Source: Fistulifera solaris (Eukaryota). Taken from it: a stretch of 64,000 bases of DNA. The stretch covers positions 806,001-870,000 of the forward strand of contig AP026134.1 of NCBI GenBank assembly GCA_030295235.1, given 5' to 3'. The notes beneath the pieces were generated by a model, which had not been told where the DNA came from, did no database searches, and was given only the letters and a program-made list of their open reading frames with translations. Shown here in pieces: positions 23,213 through 36,900 of this stretch (the first letter of the stretch is position 1; every line of letters starts with the position of its first letter). Position numbers and translations under genes: made by a program.

Positions 23213-26200
23213 CTATGTTACTTTTAGCCTCTTCCACGCTGGCTGCTCGTCATCGTACTCCTCAACGGGATCTTCGTCTTCGTCTTGGTCCATGGGTGAA
23301 ACGCCATTCTCAGCGTCGCTCATGTGCTCGTCTTCCGAAAAAGACTTTATATCATCTGGGAGGCTAGTAAGAAGTGCAGTGCCCTTGGGAACAAAACAAA
23401 AATTCATTTCGCCGCTGTTCTTATCGTACTGAATTCGGTACGAAGCGTTAGCTGCAATAGCAAAACAGTGCGCCCGTGCACTCAAAGGATCGACCCTTGG
23501 CAGATGGCAATAATCATAGAGATGCAGAATGGCGTCTTCTTTCGCGGTATCAATTAACGCTGCTGCGCATCGCTCGACAAATTTCGCCATAGCCGCAACT
23601 TGGTGAACCGTCTCTCTTGACACCTTGCGAGCTCTAGCTTCCAACTCTTTAGCTCCCATTTTTCCACTAACAACTTTCTTTAGTCCATCAAAAATTCCGG
23701 AAAAATCAAGCCGACTCTGGGGTGCGTCCTTGTCTTCATCGCGCTTAAAAGGATTATGGTAAGTCGTTGAGGGGTCCACGGGCGCCGGAGATTTCTCACA
23801 GCACTGCCTTGTATCTCTCAACAACGAGCATAGCAGCAAATATTGTCGCAGGAAAATGTACACGCTTTCCGTGCCAAAAACGATGTTGTAGCGATCACTC
23901 AACTGTCCCTCCGAAGTCAGCCCTGTGATAGTGCTTTCATAACGAACCATAACACCATCTCGACGTACGAAAGGTGTGTCTTGTGACGCCTCTGAAAATA
24001 GGATTGCGGCTGGATTGAGAAAGGCAAGTCCGTAGGGCATTTTGACCTTATATTTCGAAGAAGTATCGCCAGTCGTTTTTACAAACGCAACAATAGTTCC
24101 TTCACCATAAATCGTGACAACTCGCTGTCCAGGCGCAACTGCGGACACAAATCAAACATTAGCAACAAACACTTTGTAATGCTTCCGCTAAGCACTCGCA
24201 CTTACATCTCACGACATTCGGGCTTAGTGTACCACTGAAGCTTCTTCGCAACTCGTCTGCGACCCAAAATGGAGGATAGTTGAACCAAGGGACGACAAAC
24301 TCAGCCCAGATACGTCCAATTCTTTCACGGTGAATGCTGCTTAGGCTGGAATCGAACTGAATGCGTTTCGATACTAAGGAAAATACGTCGCGATGCGAAA
24401 CATCCAGCTGAGCTTTGACAGATGCGTAAGATTGGAAAAGTAACGCTTGGTTGTCAGGATGCGACGTAGCATAGTCGGGCAGAAATTTGGCAACGGCTGG
24501 GTTTTTGCTCTTGTTCTCACCGCTTCGAGCATGCGAACGGGCACGGATGCAATCATCACGCAAACGAGTGAGGGTTCCTAATCGTTCCAAGGCCTTGCGT
24601 TTGAAATAGCACTGAGTGTCAAGAGTTCCCTCGTAATTGGCTGCCGTGGAAGCATTTAACTTTGAGTTCAGATCAGCCTTTGCTTTCCTCCATTCTACAT
24701 CTTTCTGCTTCAGGCGTTGATAAACGATTGGTAACACAGCAAGTGGATTCCGCAGCAAGTGCTGTAAGACCTCATCTCCACGATCACAATAAAGCCTTGC
24801 AATGGCATTTGTGTGTACGGAATTAAGTGTGTGTCGGTTCAATCGATACTGAAGGCGTCCAATCGGTTGACCATCTTTTTCTTCCTGTTCTTTCAAAGCT
24901 TGAACCTCCTCGGCAAGTGGCTCAATCTGACGAAGGGCTTGCGCGTTGCGCTCAATGGCCATGTCAATTTCGTAGCGCTCTTCCTCAATTCGCATCATCG
25001 CTTCTTCGTAAGCATTATGGCGCTCTGCGAAACCGTCGTATGCTTCAATGGAATGAATATTTCGCTCGCCCTTTAATTTTCCGACGCAAATGACGGTTTC
25101 GTTCAGCACTTGCTTCTCCCACTTCGTTTGACCAGGATGCGAAATGAGCATACTGTGCGGGTAGTCACTAGGGTAGGAGTAATAGGAAGGAGTGTGGTTG
25201 TCGCAATTCGACAAATCAAAATCGAAGGTGCGCACGGATCCATACTTCGATTTGTCTTTGAGGGCCGATTGTTGAGCAGCGTACTTTCCGCGTCCATTCA
25301 TTAATTGTTCAAGATCACGGATTAACTCATTGGCGTCACTGGTAATAGCAGACGACATTCCAGTAGTTGAACTCGTTCCGCTTTTGGGAGCATGTCCGTA
25401 CATGAAAAGACTCTTCAAAAGCATGAGTAGCTCATCGCGACTAAGAACGCCTGCTCCGAACAAATGTAAGCATTTCAAGAATTCCACGTAAGGAGTGTGC
25501 CTACGCGAACCAGTGGGTTTGTCGGAACGAAGTTCCCGGCGCTCTAGATGTTTCTTTGTCTTTTGCAAAAATGCAGCTTCAGCGGTATTCGGTTGTTTCG
25601 GAATCGGAGGAATAGTTACGGGACGATTGACCTTTGTAGCTGCCTTGGACGGCGTAAGATCACCTCGTCGCGGCGGGCGGACCGCGTCGAACGACACGAC
25701 ACCGAAATGAGCTCCTCGAATAATCATCTGCTCTTGCTCTTCGGTGCGCCCTTGAACAGCACCATACGGTACATGAATGGTTTCTCGATCGTATTCAGGC
25801 TGCTTGGAACGAGAAGTGTTCTGTGCTTGTTTCTGCATACCATGAGCCGTGCTTAGAATAGCTTGCTTCGCCTGTGCACGCTTTCGAGCCTCCGCCTCTT
25901 TCGCTACCTGATCCAATTGTGCCTTGGCCTGACCCTGCACAGCATCAGGAAGAAAGTAGGTAAACTCTTTGAGAAGATCCGGGTGATCGGCAAATAATTT
26001 TGAGACTTCATCTAGCACTTCTTTGATCCCTCGTTGTTCTTTCCTGATACGTGTGCAAAATCTCTAGAAACTTTTTGTAGATCTCCGGTTCGGTAGCGAA
26101 CCGTTTCTTGATCGTAGTGACGTAATTAATGGCATGGTCAAATTCCATGGGCTGCTGCGCTTGAGCCGCTGCCGGTGGCTGGGCTGCTTTCGATCCATTG

Positions 26201-26928
26201 GTGGTAGCTCCGTCGTTTGCTGCGGGCGGCTTGACGTCGCGCGCCGCCACTGGGGCATTGGGTGACTGCTGTGCGGTGAGAACACTGCTTATCTGGTTTG
26301 GTCGAATCAATCTTGCTGTGGGTACCTGTCGCTGATCTAGAGGTTGTTGCTGCCTCTGTAGCGTTGCTTGTGACGGCACGTGTGACGTCATGACTTGCGG
26401 CGCCAAATTTGGAGCAAATGCTTCACCACCCTGCGGTAGACGAGCCGCATGAGGAATCTGAAGATGATGCTGACCATGGGGTTGACGCAAAGCGGGGGAA
26501 TGACCATGTGGCGGCTGGTGAAGTTGGGGCTGTCCATGCGCCAAAAGTGAAGGGTGTCCCTGTTGGGGCGGTTGTGTCGGGGGTTTCTGCGGCATGGCTG
26601 GAGGCATTTGCGGAGAATCTCCTTCTCGTAGAATCTGGGCGACGTTTGATCCTGGAGCTCGATAAACAGCCACGGGAGGGCCGTTTCCGTCACTCGGTAA
26701 TTCGATTTGGTACCCTTCCGGAAGGAAAGTATTAAAGCCTAACACCAACCTTCTGTTTCCTTTGAACAGATTTGAAACCCTTCGAATGACTCCAGGTGTG
26801 TCAATTTGCTGCGTCTTGAACGTTTTCATAATTTCAAGAAACTCGTTGTAGATATGAGGGCGGTCGCCGAACTCTACTTTGACCTGGTCGAGGTAAAGAA
26901 GGGCATCTTCAACACGAAGTTCCCTCAT
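23213..26928 (-). CDS. SIN3: Sin3 paired amphipathic helix corepressor (frameshift near 26043; intron 24139-24205)
   Basis: PAH1 [14 protein letters not shown]...[16 protein letters not shown]2 [19 protein letters not shown]3 [18 protein letters not shown]...[18 protein letters not shown]-terminal [13 protein letters not shown]. Confidence 0.95.
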
Positions 26929-27982
26929 CTTTGTCGATTGCGATACGTGCTGCCAAAGGGACTCGATTGACTGTTTTCTCTCTTTGACTGTATGATGGTA
27001 AAAACGAAGGGAGTAAGAGGCTGCTGCGGTAACAATCCCAGAGCATTACGCATGAATGTCAAATGAATGAATTAATGAATGAATGAATACTGGCGAGACG
27101 ATGAGATTGAAGCAAAGACCGACAACCGTTCGGCCCGCCCCATCGGATTTCAACGAAGAATAGATTACGACCACGCGCGCGCGGTTTGCGCAATAAAAAC
27201 TCGCAAGTGCCCTCACCGAACTCTTTGACGTCACTGAAAAGAGAGCTAAATTTCTCTCACGATACGATCTTTCGTGAATCAGAAGCTGCCGTCGACTTTG
27301 CGAGACCATGAGGATCGATGCAACGAATGGTTCTTTTGGCGACAATACCCATTGCTCTGCTCCTCCAAATGATATTCCATGGGATCTCAAAGGTCATGGT
27401 GACAAGCGAGAGAAAGATGAAGGCTACGAAACGAGTATTACGCGACTTCAAACTTTCGTGCTCCTTTCTGTCGCCGACAGCGTGCGACACAGTAAGCCTT
27501 ACGAGCTTGACGGAAGAGCACCGGACGGCACAGAACAACAACGATGCGAAATTGCCGGCATGGCTTACTTCTCAAGTCGTCTTCCTATCAGCAAAAACAA
27601 TCAATAACACAACCTTGTCACTCACCTGAAAGACAATTACACCGCAGGTTCTTTCGGAACGACGCTGTGTAATGACAACTGCGCCATGCCCGATGCCTTT
27701 TTTTGGTGGGAGGAGTGTCGACGAACAAGAACTCGGATCGCGCGAACGCGCGACTTTATCCTGTCGCCGTGGTGCGACCAATATACACTCTATTATAGAG
27801 TGAATTGAAAATCGTCAACAGTCAACTGCCAGCACTAAAAAAGGTATAGTAGTTCCGCTATATGTAAGACATGAACCTCCTCTTCGAAACAATCGACATG
27901 CAAATTTTTTGCACTTCAGCAAAGTGGTTAATTGTTGCGAATAACGATACCTGGTAGTAACAAGAGCACATTCATTGACATA

Positions 27983-28463
27983 ATGGCAAGTAACATTAGC
28001 TGCAACGACAATCAAAATTACCTCGTCAAGCAGGGGCGAACGACAAGCCGCGTTTTGGCCCCGCCGGAGGTTTCACTTCGCTTTCGTTTGGTTGCGAGGC
28101 GCCCCTACCGAAGAAAAAAGAAGGTACGAAGAACAGGGTCGAAAGCGTTTATCAATCACGCTCTTTCTCATCTGTGTATCGACAGAACCGATAGTAGCAC
28201 CTAGTGTGGTGGTGCCGGCAACGACAGAATCCGTTGCAGCTCCGGTTGTCAAGGATGAATCATCATCATCATCGGTTCCTGCCGTAGAATCTGGGAACGT
28301 CACGGGGCCAAAGGCAACACCTGTGCAACCCAAAGAAGTACCCATATCGAGCAACGCATTTGCCAGTGGAAGCAACATGAATGGTGCTCAGGTGATGACG
28401 GGCCGTCCGACTTCGCGAGTTCTCGCACCGCCAGGTGGTCACACAACGATCAAACTTTGGTGA
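27983..28463 (+). CDS. SPIRAL1/HN1-like microtubule-associated protein (intron 28124-28185; indel near 28068)
   Basis: Duplicated GR.TSRVLAPPGG motif at both ends; SSNAFASGSNMNGAQVMTGRPTSRVLAPPGGHTTIKLW. Confidence 0.8.
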
Positions 28464-28600
28464 GAACGCGCAACAATGCCTACTGCATCTCGTACTGGAC
28501 CAAAATGGTTTCAGCGTAAGTTCTAGACATGCTGGAATACATAAAATGATGCTATAGACCATTGTTTTCATGCAAAAGAATGTCTTGTGGTAAGATGATG

Positions 28601-30336
28601 TCATGTCGTAAAAGAGGACTGATCTCGATGTTCAAGAAGATGAAAGTTCTCCGAGGTACTCGAGACAAATGTCTGCTCTTCCAACCAAAAAGCAGCTCTA
28701 CTCCCAATAGTCCGCAATGAACGAAGTACTATCACGCCATTCGGTTTTATGCATCTCATCAGGTCGATTCCCAATCTCCTCTGAACGGGGTGCACAGTCT
28801 ACATCAATGTACCTTTTGCGCTTCTCTGAAACAGAATGACCTTGGTGACATGTAAGTCCACTCCCCGCCTGTGCTTCGTTTGACATGGACGTCCACCGCT
28901 CTGGTGTTACCTTAGCTGGAACTCGGCGATCGCAAAAGAGTCATCCGTACTAGAGAGCATAGCGTTCGTCTCTGCATTCGACGCGAATCCCTGCGAAGGT
29001 CGCAGTGCTTCACCCAAATAAGAGCTCTTGAAGCCATGTTCGCTGGCAAAACGATTGGAGCCTCCGTAGTTGTCGGGATTATCGTGACTTTCAAGGGCGT
29101 ATCGATTTTGCACACCTTCGTGGATCAATACGGGCGTTGAATCCGTAGCATCAAGCTGGAAGGAATCATCGTTTTTCTCGTCATTAATAGGCACAATCGA
29201 AGATGGAATGCCCGCTGAAGCTCTCGAGCCGGAGGGACGGTACGGCCAGAAAATGTTTTCAATGAGAGACCATGCAAGAAACGCGAGAAGAAGACCAGTG
29301 ATGACTTGGACAATGAATATCAATCGATCAATTTCATCTAGTTCACTCTGGACCATATCCTGTAGTATCTGAAGTTGCTTTTCACCAAAGTGCGGATGAA
29401 GTGAGCTTTTCTTTGGATAGCTGCAAGTCTCCGTTCGTTTGGTTGCTGTTGGCTTGACTGATTCCGTCGTTGTGAAAGAAACTGGACTTGGCTCCTGCAT
29501 GAAAAGGAGACTCGGTTCGTCCGATACGTCTTCTGGGCCTGTATTATTGTCGTCCAAGGAAGGACTACCTGCCGCGATGATATAGTTGTCGAGGCTTTCA
29601 AGCCATAAACTCATTAGAATGCGCTCAATTGGCACCAGATCGATGGTGATTGAAGCCTCCGTCATAAATATGTTCGCACTGAGACCAGATTTGGTACGGC
29701 TGCTCCATTCAAACGAAGCCGTATCAGCCGAGACTTCAAATGGAGAACTTCGCATGATATCTTCGGACATGTGAAGCGTAGAAGTCATCTTTATATCCCA
29801 AATGCAGTTCGAAAGACCAAGTTGAAACTTCCAAGAATCTCCATGCTCGTGTCCTTGCAAAAGAGGGAAAATAAACATGTTCTCCTGTCCACATGGTAGA
29901 ATTTCTTCGTGAGGAAACGTAAAAATATTCGGTGAATCTTCGGAAACTAGAATCATATCACAAACGAACGTCGAAGATGTGAGAAGATCTGCCCATGTTG
30001 CGTGTAAGGATCTTGCTCCCCCGTTCGTCCTATCTTCGCTTACAATTGTGGAAGCATTAGTTGAAGAATAGATATTCTGTACAGAAGTAGTAGACAAACC
30101 TTCGGAGAGACATTCTGTTTTGAGCAGAAAAATAGATTTTGTTTCGGACATCATGGTCACTGATTGAGCGTGAACTGTACAACACACCTCGAATTGTATT
30201 GCCGTTTCCTGCACCACTACTCTGCACGCGATATGCTATCAATGAAAATAAAGGTTTTGATGGATGTAAGCTCTCCGCTGTATCATTTGCATTGGTTGCG
30301 CCATTGTCGTCGAATGTTGGTCGGTGATGGCGGCAT
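28601..30336 (-). CDS. Uncharacterised single-pass membrane protein (fragmented; boundaries uncertain)
   Basis: A 436-aa ORF (28907-30217) with TM LIFIVQVITGLLLAFLAWSLIENIFW, plus adjacent same-strand ORF pieces. Confidence 0.45.
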
Positions 30337-30697
30337 GAAGTTTTTGCGAGTACCGGTACCTTTTGTAAGTACCTCAGTAGTGTAGAGGCTCGTGACTTGT
30401 TTTTTTTGCAGCTTGTCCATTATTTTCCAAAAAAAAACTCCGTACCTGGTATTTCTCTACTTGTTAGTGGCTCGTGGCTTGTGGTTGTGGCCTATCAGAA
30501 GTCAGAAGGACATCTGCCGAAAAAAGGAGTATAAAAATAATAAGGAACAGTCTCCCGTTGAAACAAAATCCTGTCGCACAGGTTATTCGAGTTTGAGTAA
30601 CCCAATTGCGACTGCCGCGATTGTTTCCTTTCATCGTTTACAAGGTATCACAAGCTCATTTTACTCGTTGACGGACTCTCATTCCCTCGCGCAACAA

Positions 30698-31807
30698 ATG
30701 GATCGAGCCAACACATTCTCCGGCCTGCATTTAGATGCACTCAAACTTGAAATAGACTTGATCGATAAGGTGATGACTCGAAACCGATGCAGTCACGGTA
30801 AAGCAAAGTACTTCAGGCTTCTCGCTATGGCCTGCTCGTCTCTGAGAAAATCGAACGTGCTTGAACTTTTTGATGAAGTGACCGGGCTGCTTCAGGATAT
30901 TCCAGTAATGTGCAAATCGTACAAGACGAAACGAAAGCGACAAGAAATTTTTGGGAATTCCAGCCGTCAGAAGAAAAGAGTGAGATGAACGAAAATGACC
31001 TCCAGCAGTTGTCCCAACGAATCGACCAAGTTGCAAATTGCGTGGCTTGTCAATTACCTGTGTGCTTGTCGAAGTTTGTTTATGCTTCGAAATTTTTCTT
31101 CCTGGAAATTTCAAGAGGATTCTTTCTTCCTTTTGCGTTGTTACAATTGGTGCTATCGCACGTGTACGGACGCTCTTAGAGCAATTGGGACGATACGTGT
31201 CACAAGAATGCTGGTGCACACTTGAATCGAGTTGGCAGGAATTTCGCGATTTACACGGATCACAGAAATGTGCTTTGATTGCTAGTACTAGCTACAAAGA
31301 AGAGCTTAAAAAAGCACGCAGTACCTTCGCTCAATCACTCGAACCGCTTGATTACAATAATGCTCTTTCGAACGTAAATCGCGCCACTGCAATATTACAA
31401 GATCTTGGTATCCACGGTAAGCTAAGCAAGAAAAATAAAAAGGAGAACAAAAGCAAATCAAGTTCAGATTATCTTAATGACCCTTCTGGAGTAGCTAATC
31501 TTGCAAAGGACGATGATGCTTACGACTGTGGTGAAGTTGTAAGGACAGCCAACACCTCGTTTTCGGCCCATTCAAAAGAGACCGCTTCACTTGATGAGAC
31601 GGCAAGCAATTCAGCTATTCGACATGGATCCGACTTGGTTCAAGTCGATCACAACTTTGAAATCTTGGAAAAGATGAAAGGAAAGGTTAGGGAGAAAAGA
31701 CCGTTTGCCACTGCAGTGGATTCATCGAAGCCAAAGAAGAAACGAAAAGAAAAAAAGCAATAAAAAAGCGAACGGGGGATTTTTTTGATGATCTTTTTTC
31801 GCGCTGA
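30698..31807 (+). CDS. Nepro/Rmp1-like (DUF4477; RNase MRP-associated) nucleolar protein, frameshifted
   Basis: LEIDLIDKVMTRNRCSHGKAKYFRLL, EISRGFFLPF..V.IGAIARVR, a Lys-rich tail and terminal DFFDDLF. About three indels at homopolymers. Confidence 0.65.
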
Positions 31808-31939
31808 TTGCCGGGACGTCATTAGATTCTACAATAAAATCGGATTCAGCTTTGATGAAGATGCAAAACTTTCTATCTAAGCTTTATGTAAGTCAGATGA
31901 ACCCACGACGTTCTGAAAAATCATGCACGGCTCACTTTG

Positions 31940-33588
31940 CTACTTTGGAACATTTTTCGTTCGGCGGACTGGGCGATCGATGTAAATAGTGTCAGTCTGG
32001 GCATTGTGGTAAGCGAAGAACGGACGAGGAAGATCTTCGCAGAAACGTCTCATCTTCTGCTTTGCGTCCGGAAGGGATTCGGCAACGAAATAAACCGGCT
32101 GGTATTGAGTAATGGGAAATTCTTGTTTTGACGCAACTTTAGGGTCCCATGGTTTGAATATCGGCGCCGCATCTGCTCCTGGGTGTTCGGGATCGCAAGC
32201 ATACTCTAATTCACCGAACGATGACAGAAGGCCAGCACCGTAAGCTTTATTTGCCCCGCCTTCATTACACACACCGAACTCAACTGAGTGCCAGTAGCAC
32301 TGATATCAATCAAAAGAAGTTAGAGTCCCGCAATCAACCACGGCAATCATCATCAATGCTGTACTTACTCGGGCTAGCTTGTCAATGTCTTCGTCACTGG
32401 CCCCCAAACTTGCTAGACCAATCTCTTGTGAGAAATCACAGAAATCACGATCCGCAAACATCGGAGCGTGTCCAAGTAACTCATGACAAATATCAGGCTC
32501 TGGCGTATATAAGGGTACTGAATGATGGCGGATGTACTGTGTGCAGAAAAAGACACGAAACGCGAGCCCACTGAGAAAATCGCGACTGCTCAACAGTCCA
32601 GCAACTGGTCTTAATCGAAAATCCGTGTGCTGCTGCAAGAATGTGCTAATGTCCTGCTGTTGAGGAATTTCTTCCCGAGAATATCCACAGTGCTCTTTCA
32701 TGAGCTCAAAGGCTTCGATGAACTCTTTGCACGCATATGAATCGTAGAGAGGAATCATCTTGTCCCAGACAACACTCCACACAGACTTCTCGTCGTCACT
32801 ATACTGAATACGTGGAATCGGCTTCTCAATGGAATGCTGTTGAGCATGAAGCGCAAGTTCAGCCCGACGGGCGCGGTACGCAGCATCATGGAAACCGGGG
32901 TGATCAGACTCGAGGTCCTTGCCTAACGAAAAGCGGTGTGAGAATCAGATTGGCGACCGAGACGAAAGCAAATGCATTTACGTTACGCACCAGCATCCAA
33001 AATTCGATTGACAACCATATCCAGCTCCGATACATGACGGGGAAACCAGCTTACTTGCTTTTCGTCCAAGATTAAGAGCTTGTCGGTGATTGGCTTCAAG
33101 GCTTCCAGTAGTTGTTCGATCTTTGAGTCCGACAATGACCCTTCCAGGTCTACATAGAAGTCGAATCGACGCTGCAAGCCTTTCGTGACTACAGGTCGAC
33201 TTTCAATGCGACAAATGTTGACATCATGCTTCCAAAAATGACGCAAAACGTCGTGCAAGATCCCCACTCGATCGGTAAGCTCCATCAATAACGAAATGCG
33301 TGGATTTTCCCCGTAACGTGTCACATCATCCTCTACGTGGGCTCGCTTGAGAACTGGAACATGGTCGCGAAAGGAACTTTTCTGGGTAGAATCATCATAA
33401 TAGACGATATCATTGCGCGTGTTATTGTCAGACATTTGGGTCTGTGTAGATTGAAATCGCAGTGAAGCGGCGGAAAAGACTGTCGATTTTGTCAGCACGC
33501 GTCCGCGTGTTGCTTGCCAAGCAGATCGCTGGCAGCGCTTCAAGGGAAGGTCGAGTAAACGACCAATTACCAATCTGTTCGATGTCAT
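31940..33588 (-). CDS. PAH: Phenylalanine 4-hydroxylase with ACT domain (introns 32923-32990 and 32300-32368)
   Basis: [98 protein letters not shown]. Confidence 0.96.
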
Positions 33589-33977
33589 TTTACTGTCAAA
33601 TATCTCTTGAATCCTCCTTATGCAACAAACAATGACATTGACAAGGACGACAATTCAACAATTCGCAGTTCTTTTGATAGAACAGAATTCGAGAGAATAA
33701 TGAAAGTGTCACGTTTCAAAAGTCGTACAGGTACCGAACACAAATAGGTTTACACTGTATACTGTATCCCTAACATGTACTCCGTACCCCGAGTAGTTTT
33801 TTTTACAGGATGTATACGTACGTTTTACAGACGATTTTTGCGTGATCTTCTCCTCCACCCATGCACAAAAGAAAAAGACGCCATTTTCCTTTTTCATTTC
33901 ATTCTTTGAAAAAAATTCTCGTTTGTTTCAACAAAGCCGTGCTTCTATACATCTAGAACCAGTCAACAAGAGCGAAG

Positions 33978-36900
33978 ATGGGAAAACGCAAAACTAGGTC
34001 GAAGCGATCTGCTTCATCGCTTCCAAAGGGCCTCCCTGTTCGAAATGCTGGCGGAAGCAACCCATTTGAAGTATCGGCTGCTCACAAGCGTCCAAAATTT
34101 CAAGTGCACAATCGCGTCACATCCAAACAACCTCAGACCCCTTCGAAGCTTGCACAGGCCCTGCAGAAACGAAAGCAGCAAGTTCAAAGCGCTTTCAAAG
34201 CATCGAAAAAGGCCAATGTGTTTGCAGATAACCGTATCGGTGAATACGACGATACGATGACAGCCGAACAACAAAATCTCGCTCGTTTGGTCAGGGAACG
34301 AAGTCGTCAATCCAAGAAACATGCTAAATATTCTCTTGAGGATGACGAAGTTTTGACGCATCGTGGAAAAGCTGTGGACCAGATACAACATCATAATATT
34401 GTTCTGTCGGATGATGAAGACGAGGATGCCGGTAATTTAGACGCTGCTGATACGGCGCTGCATTTTGGTGGGGGCGAAAATTCAACGAAAGAAAAGTTTG
34501 ATTATTATGGCAATCAGGCCGAGGGCACGGCGGAACGAATGGCCCAACTCTACGAGAAGCGAAAGATGGATTTGGACGACCTCATCCTTCGCAGAAAGAT
34601 TTTGAAAGCGGAGAAGATGCAATCGAAGGAGCACCAAGCCGAGCGTTTTGCCGCATTGGATGAGTCATTTGATCAAATTGCGGCGCAACTCCAATTCCGC
34701 GATAAAGAAAACGAAATTAGACAGAACTTGGCTTCCAAACGTGAGGGGACGCTTTCTCCTGAGGATGCTGAAATGGTGGACTGGGACAAGGAAATGAAAG
34801 AGTATTTACACGTTCAACGTAAAGTCAAGGCTAGTGATCGAACTAAGACCCCAGAGGAGATCGCAAAAGAGGAAGCCGAAAGACTACACAAGCTTGAAAC
34901 TCGCCGTTTGGCTCGAATGAACGGTGACTTTGAAGATGATGACTTTTCTGATCTGTCCGATAATGAGACGAAAGGGAAAAGGAAAAGGCGGAAAAAGGAC
35001 AACGCAAATCCTGAAGAATTGCCAGATTCGGATGAAGACGAAGCAGATGACGACAATATTACAACACGTTTTACTGCTGATGGGCTTGTACGAGTAAATA
35101 AGGATGGAATAGTTATTGGGAAAGCAGGAGAAGAGGTCGATGGCAGTGAAGAAGATGACGAAGACGACGTCGCGCCGAAAGAAACTCCCGCATTTGATTT
35201 ACCAGCTCCATTAAAAGTTGGAACTAGAGTTAATGCTAGCTACCGTGCGAAGGAACAGTACAATGGTAATGAGTCATGGTTCACAGGTATCGTCGAAGCC
35301 GTGCACAATGATTCAAAGGGCGGTTTCAAATATGATGTGAGGTATGATGACGGCGATTTCGAGGAGGAAGTTGAACCCCAGTTTATCAGAGTCTTAGCTA
35401 GGTCTGCGGAAGAACTCGAAAAGGAAGACGAAGCGAAAGCGAAGGATTCGGATGTAAAATTCAAGCGACAGTTAGCCAAGGAAATAGCCAGGTATGTTTT
35501 TGCAAAAATAAAATGCGTGAAGTTCGTTGGTGTTCGCTCCGTCTTCGCGTTTGCAAGAGATCTCTCTTGATTGCATTTGTTTTGGTCAAGGTGTGGGCGT
35601 TTTGCTCTGCGCTTGGGCTACGATGAGAGCTTGCACCCATAGTGATTTTTGTCACAATAGTACCTTTGAATAAGAGAAGTCGTTCATTGGTCTCCCTGAC
35701 AGGCACATTACTCACATTTCACCCATAGGTCTCAGATTCCTTTCGTTTTCGAAGTACCTACCACACTTGAAGCATTACATAACATCATTGCAACACATGC
35801 GACTACTGGTGAAGATGCGTCGCTAATTATGAGTCGGATACACAAAGCTAATTCTGTGAGACTTGATCGGCGAAATAGCGAAAAGATGCAGAACTTTTAT
35901 GATGTTTTAATTCGTCGATTCATCTCTGTAGGTGACGCGATTCACAAGTCGGGCGATGGCGGTGCTGAACTTGGTCGTTATGCGCAACTTGATGCATTGG
36001 TCAAACTAATGTATGATATGGCACAGGATGCCCCGGATAGCGCGGCGGCTGTTTGGAGTCGTAGGCTTGGGTTCCTCGAAAACGCGCATGCCAAACGTTT
36101 GAGAGACTCAGAATTTGTGCACGATGGCGGCGAAGAAGCATTCTCAGCTTGGCCTTCGACAGGGGTTTTTCTAGCGCTCCGTGCTCTCTGTCATATATTC
36201 CCTTCAACTGATCTTCGCCACCAAATTGTTACACCTGCGGTATTGCTGCTTGGGCAAATAGTATCTCACACACCTGTTGCTACAACACACGACTTGGCAA
36301 TGGGCATCCTTCATGCCGGTTTGCTAATCGAATACACCAGAGAAGCAAAAGGGTATCACCGGAGGCTCATGGATTTCTAGCCGGTGTCATTAGGCTGTTT
36401 GCAGCGAAAGAGGAGGAACGCCGACTTCGCCAACCAGTTCCCAGTTTGGAGCATGCTGCTGAAGAATCCCATTTCAAAAATCTTCGAATGGGTGCGTCGG
36501 GTTATACCGGTGAAGACCTACCGCGACTCTTACTAGAGAAACAGTTTCTTGAATACGATTCTACTCCAGCCGCTTTGTTGAATACGGCCTTACAGCTAGC
36601 GCAAGCTTCAGTACACAATCTAAGCACGTCTTTGTTTTCAGCTGAAATGGAAGCGTTTTCCGAATTAACAGCAAGCATCCTCGCTATTGACCCTAAAGAT
36701 AAAAAGTATCCTCTTCCTTCGGTATTACAAAAAGCAGTTGCCTCTTTGGCGTCGTCTCTGTCGCTTTGTTTGAGATCGGCACGATCTCCATTGAATAGAC
36801 GGCAAGGCCCTTCTATTCAAGAGAAAGCAATCAAGACTCTCGCTCCTCGACTGGAAGATCCCGAGAGATATTCTATGTCGAAGGATAAGGGGAAAAGTGC

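Noticed and set aside
27046..27781. Several overlapping 70-115 aa ORFs upstream of Sin3
   Set aside because: No recognisable motifs, mutually overlapping on both strands; likely promoter or UTR sequence.
35510..35530. GCGTGAAG resembling U3 snoRNA box B
   Set aside because: No box A/A' or other U3 elements in the correct order.
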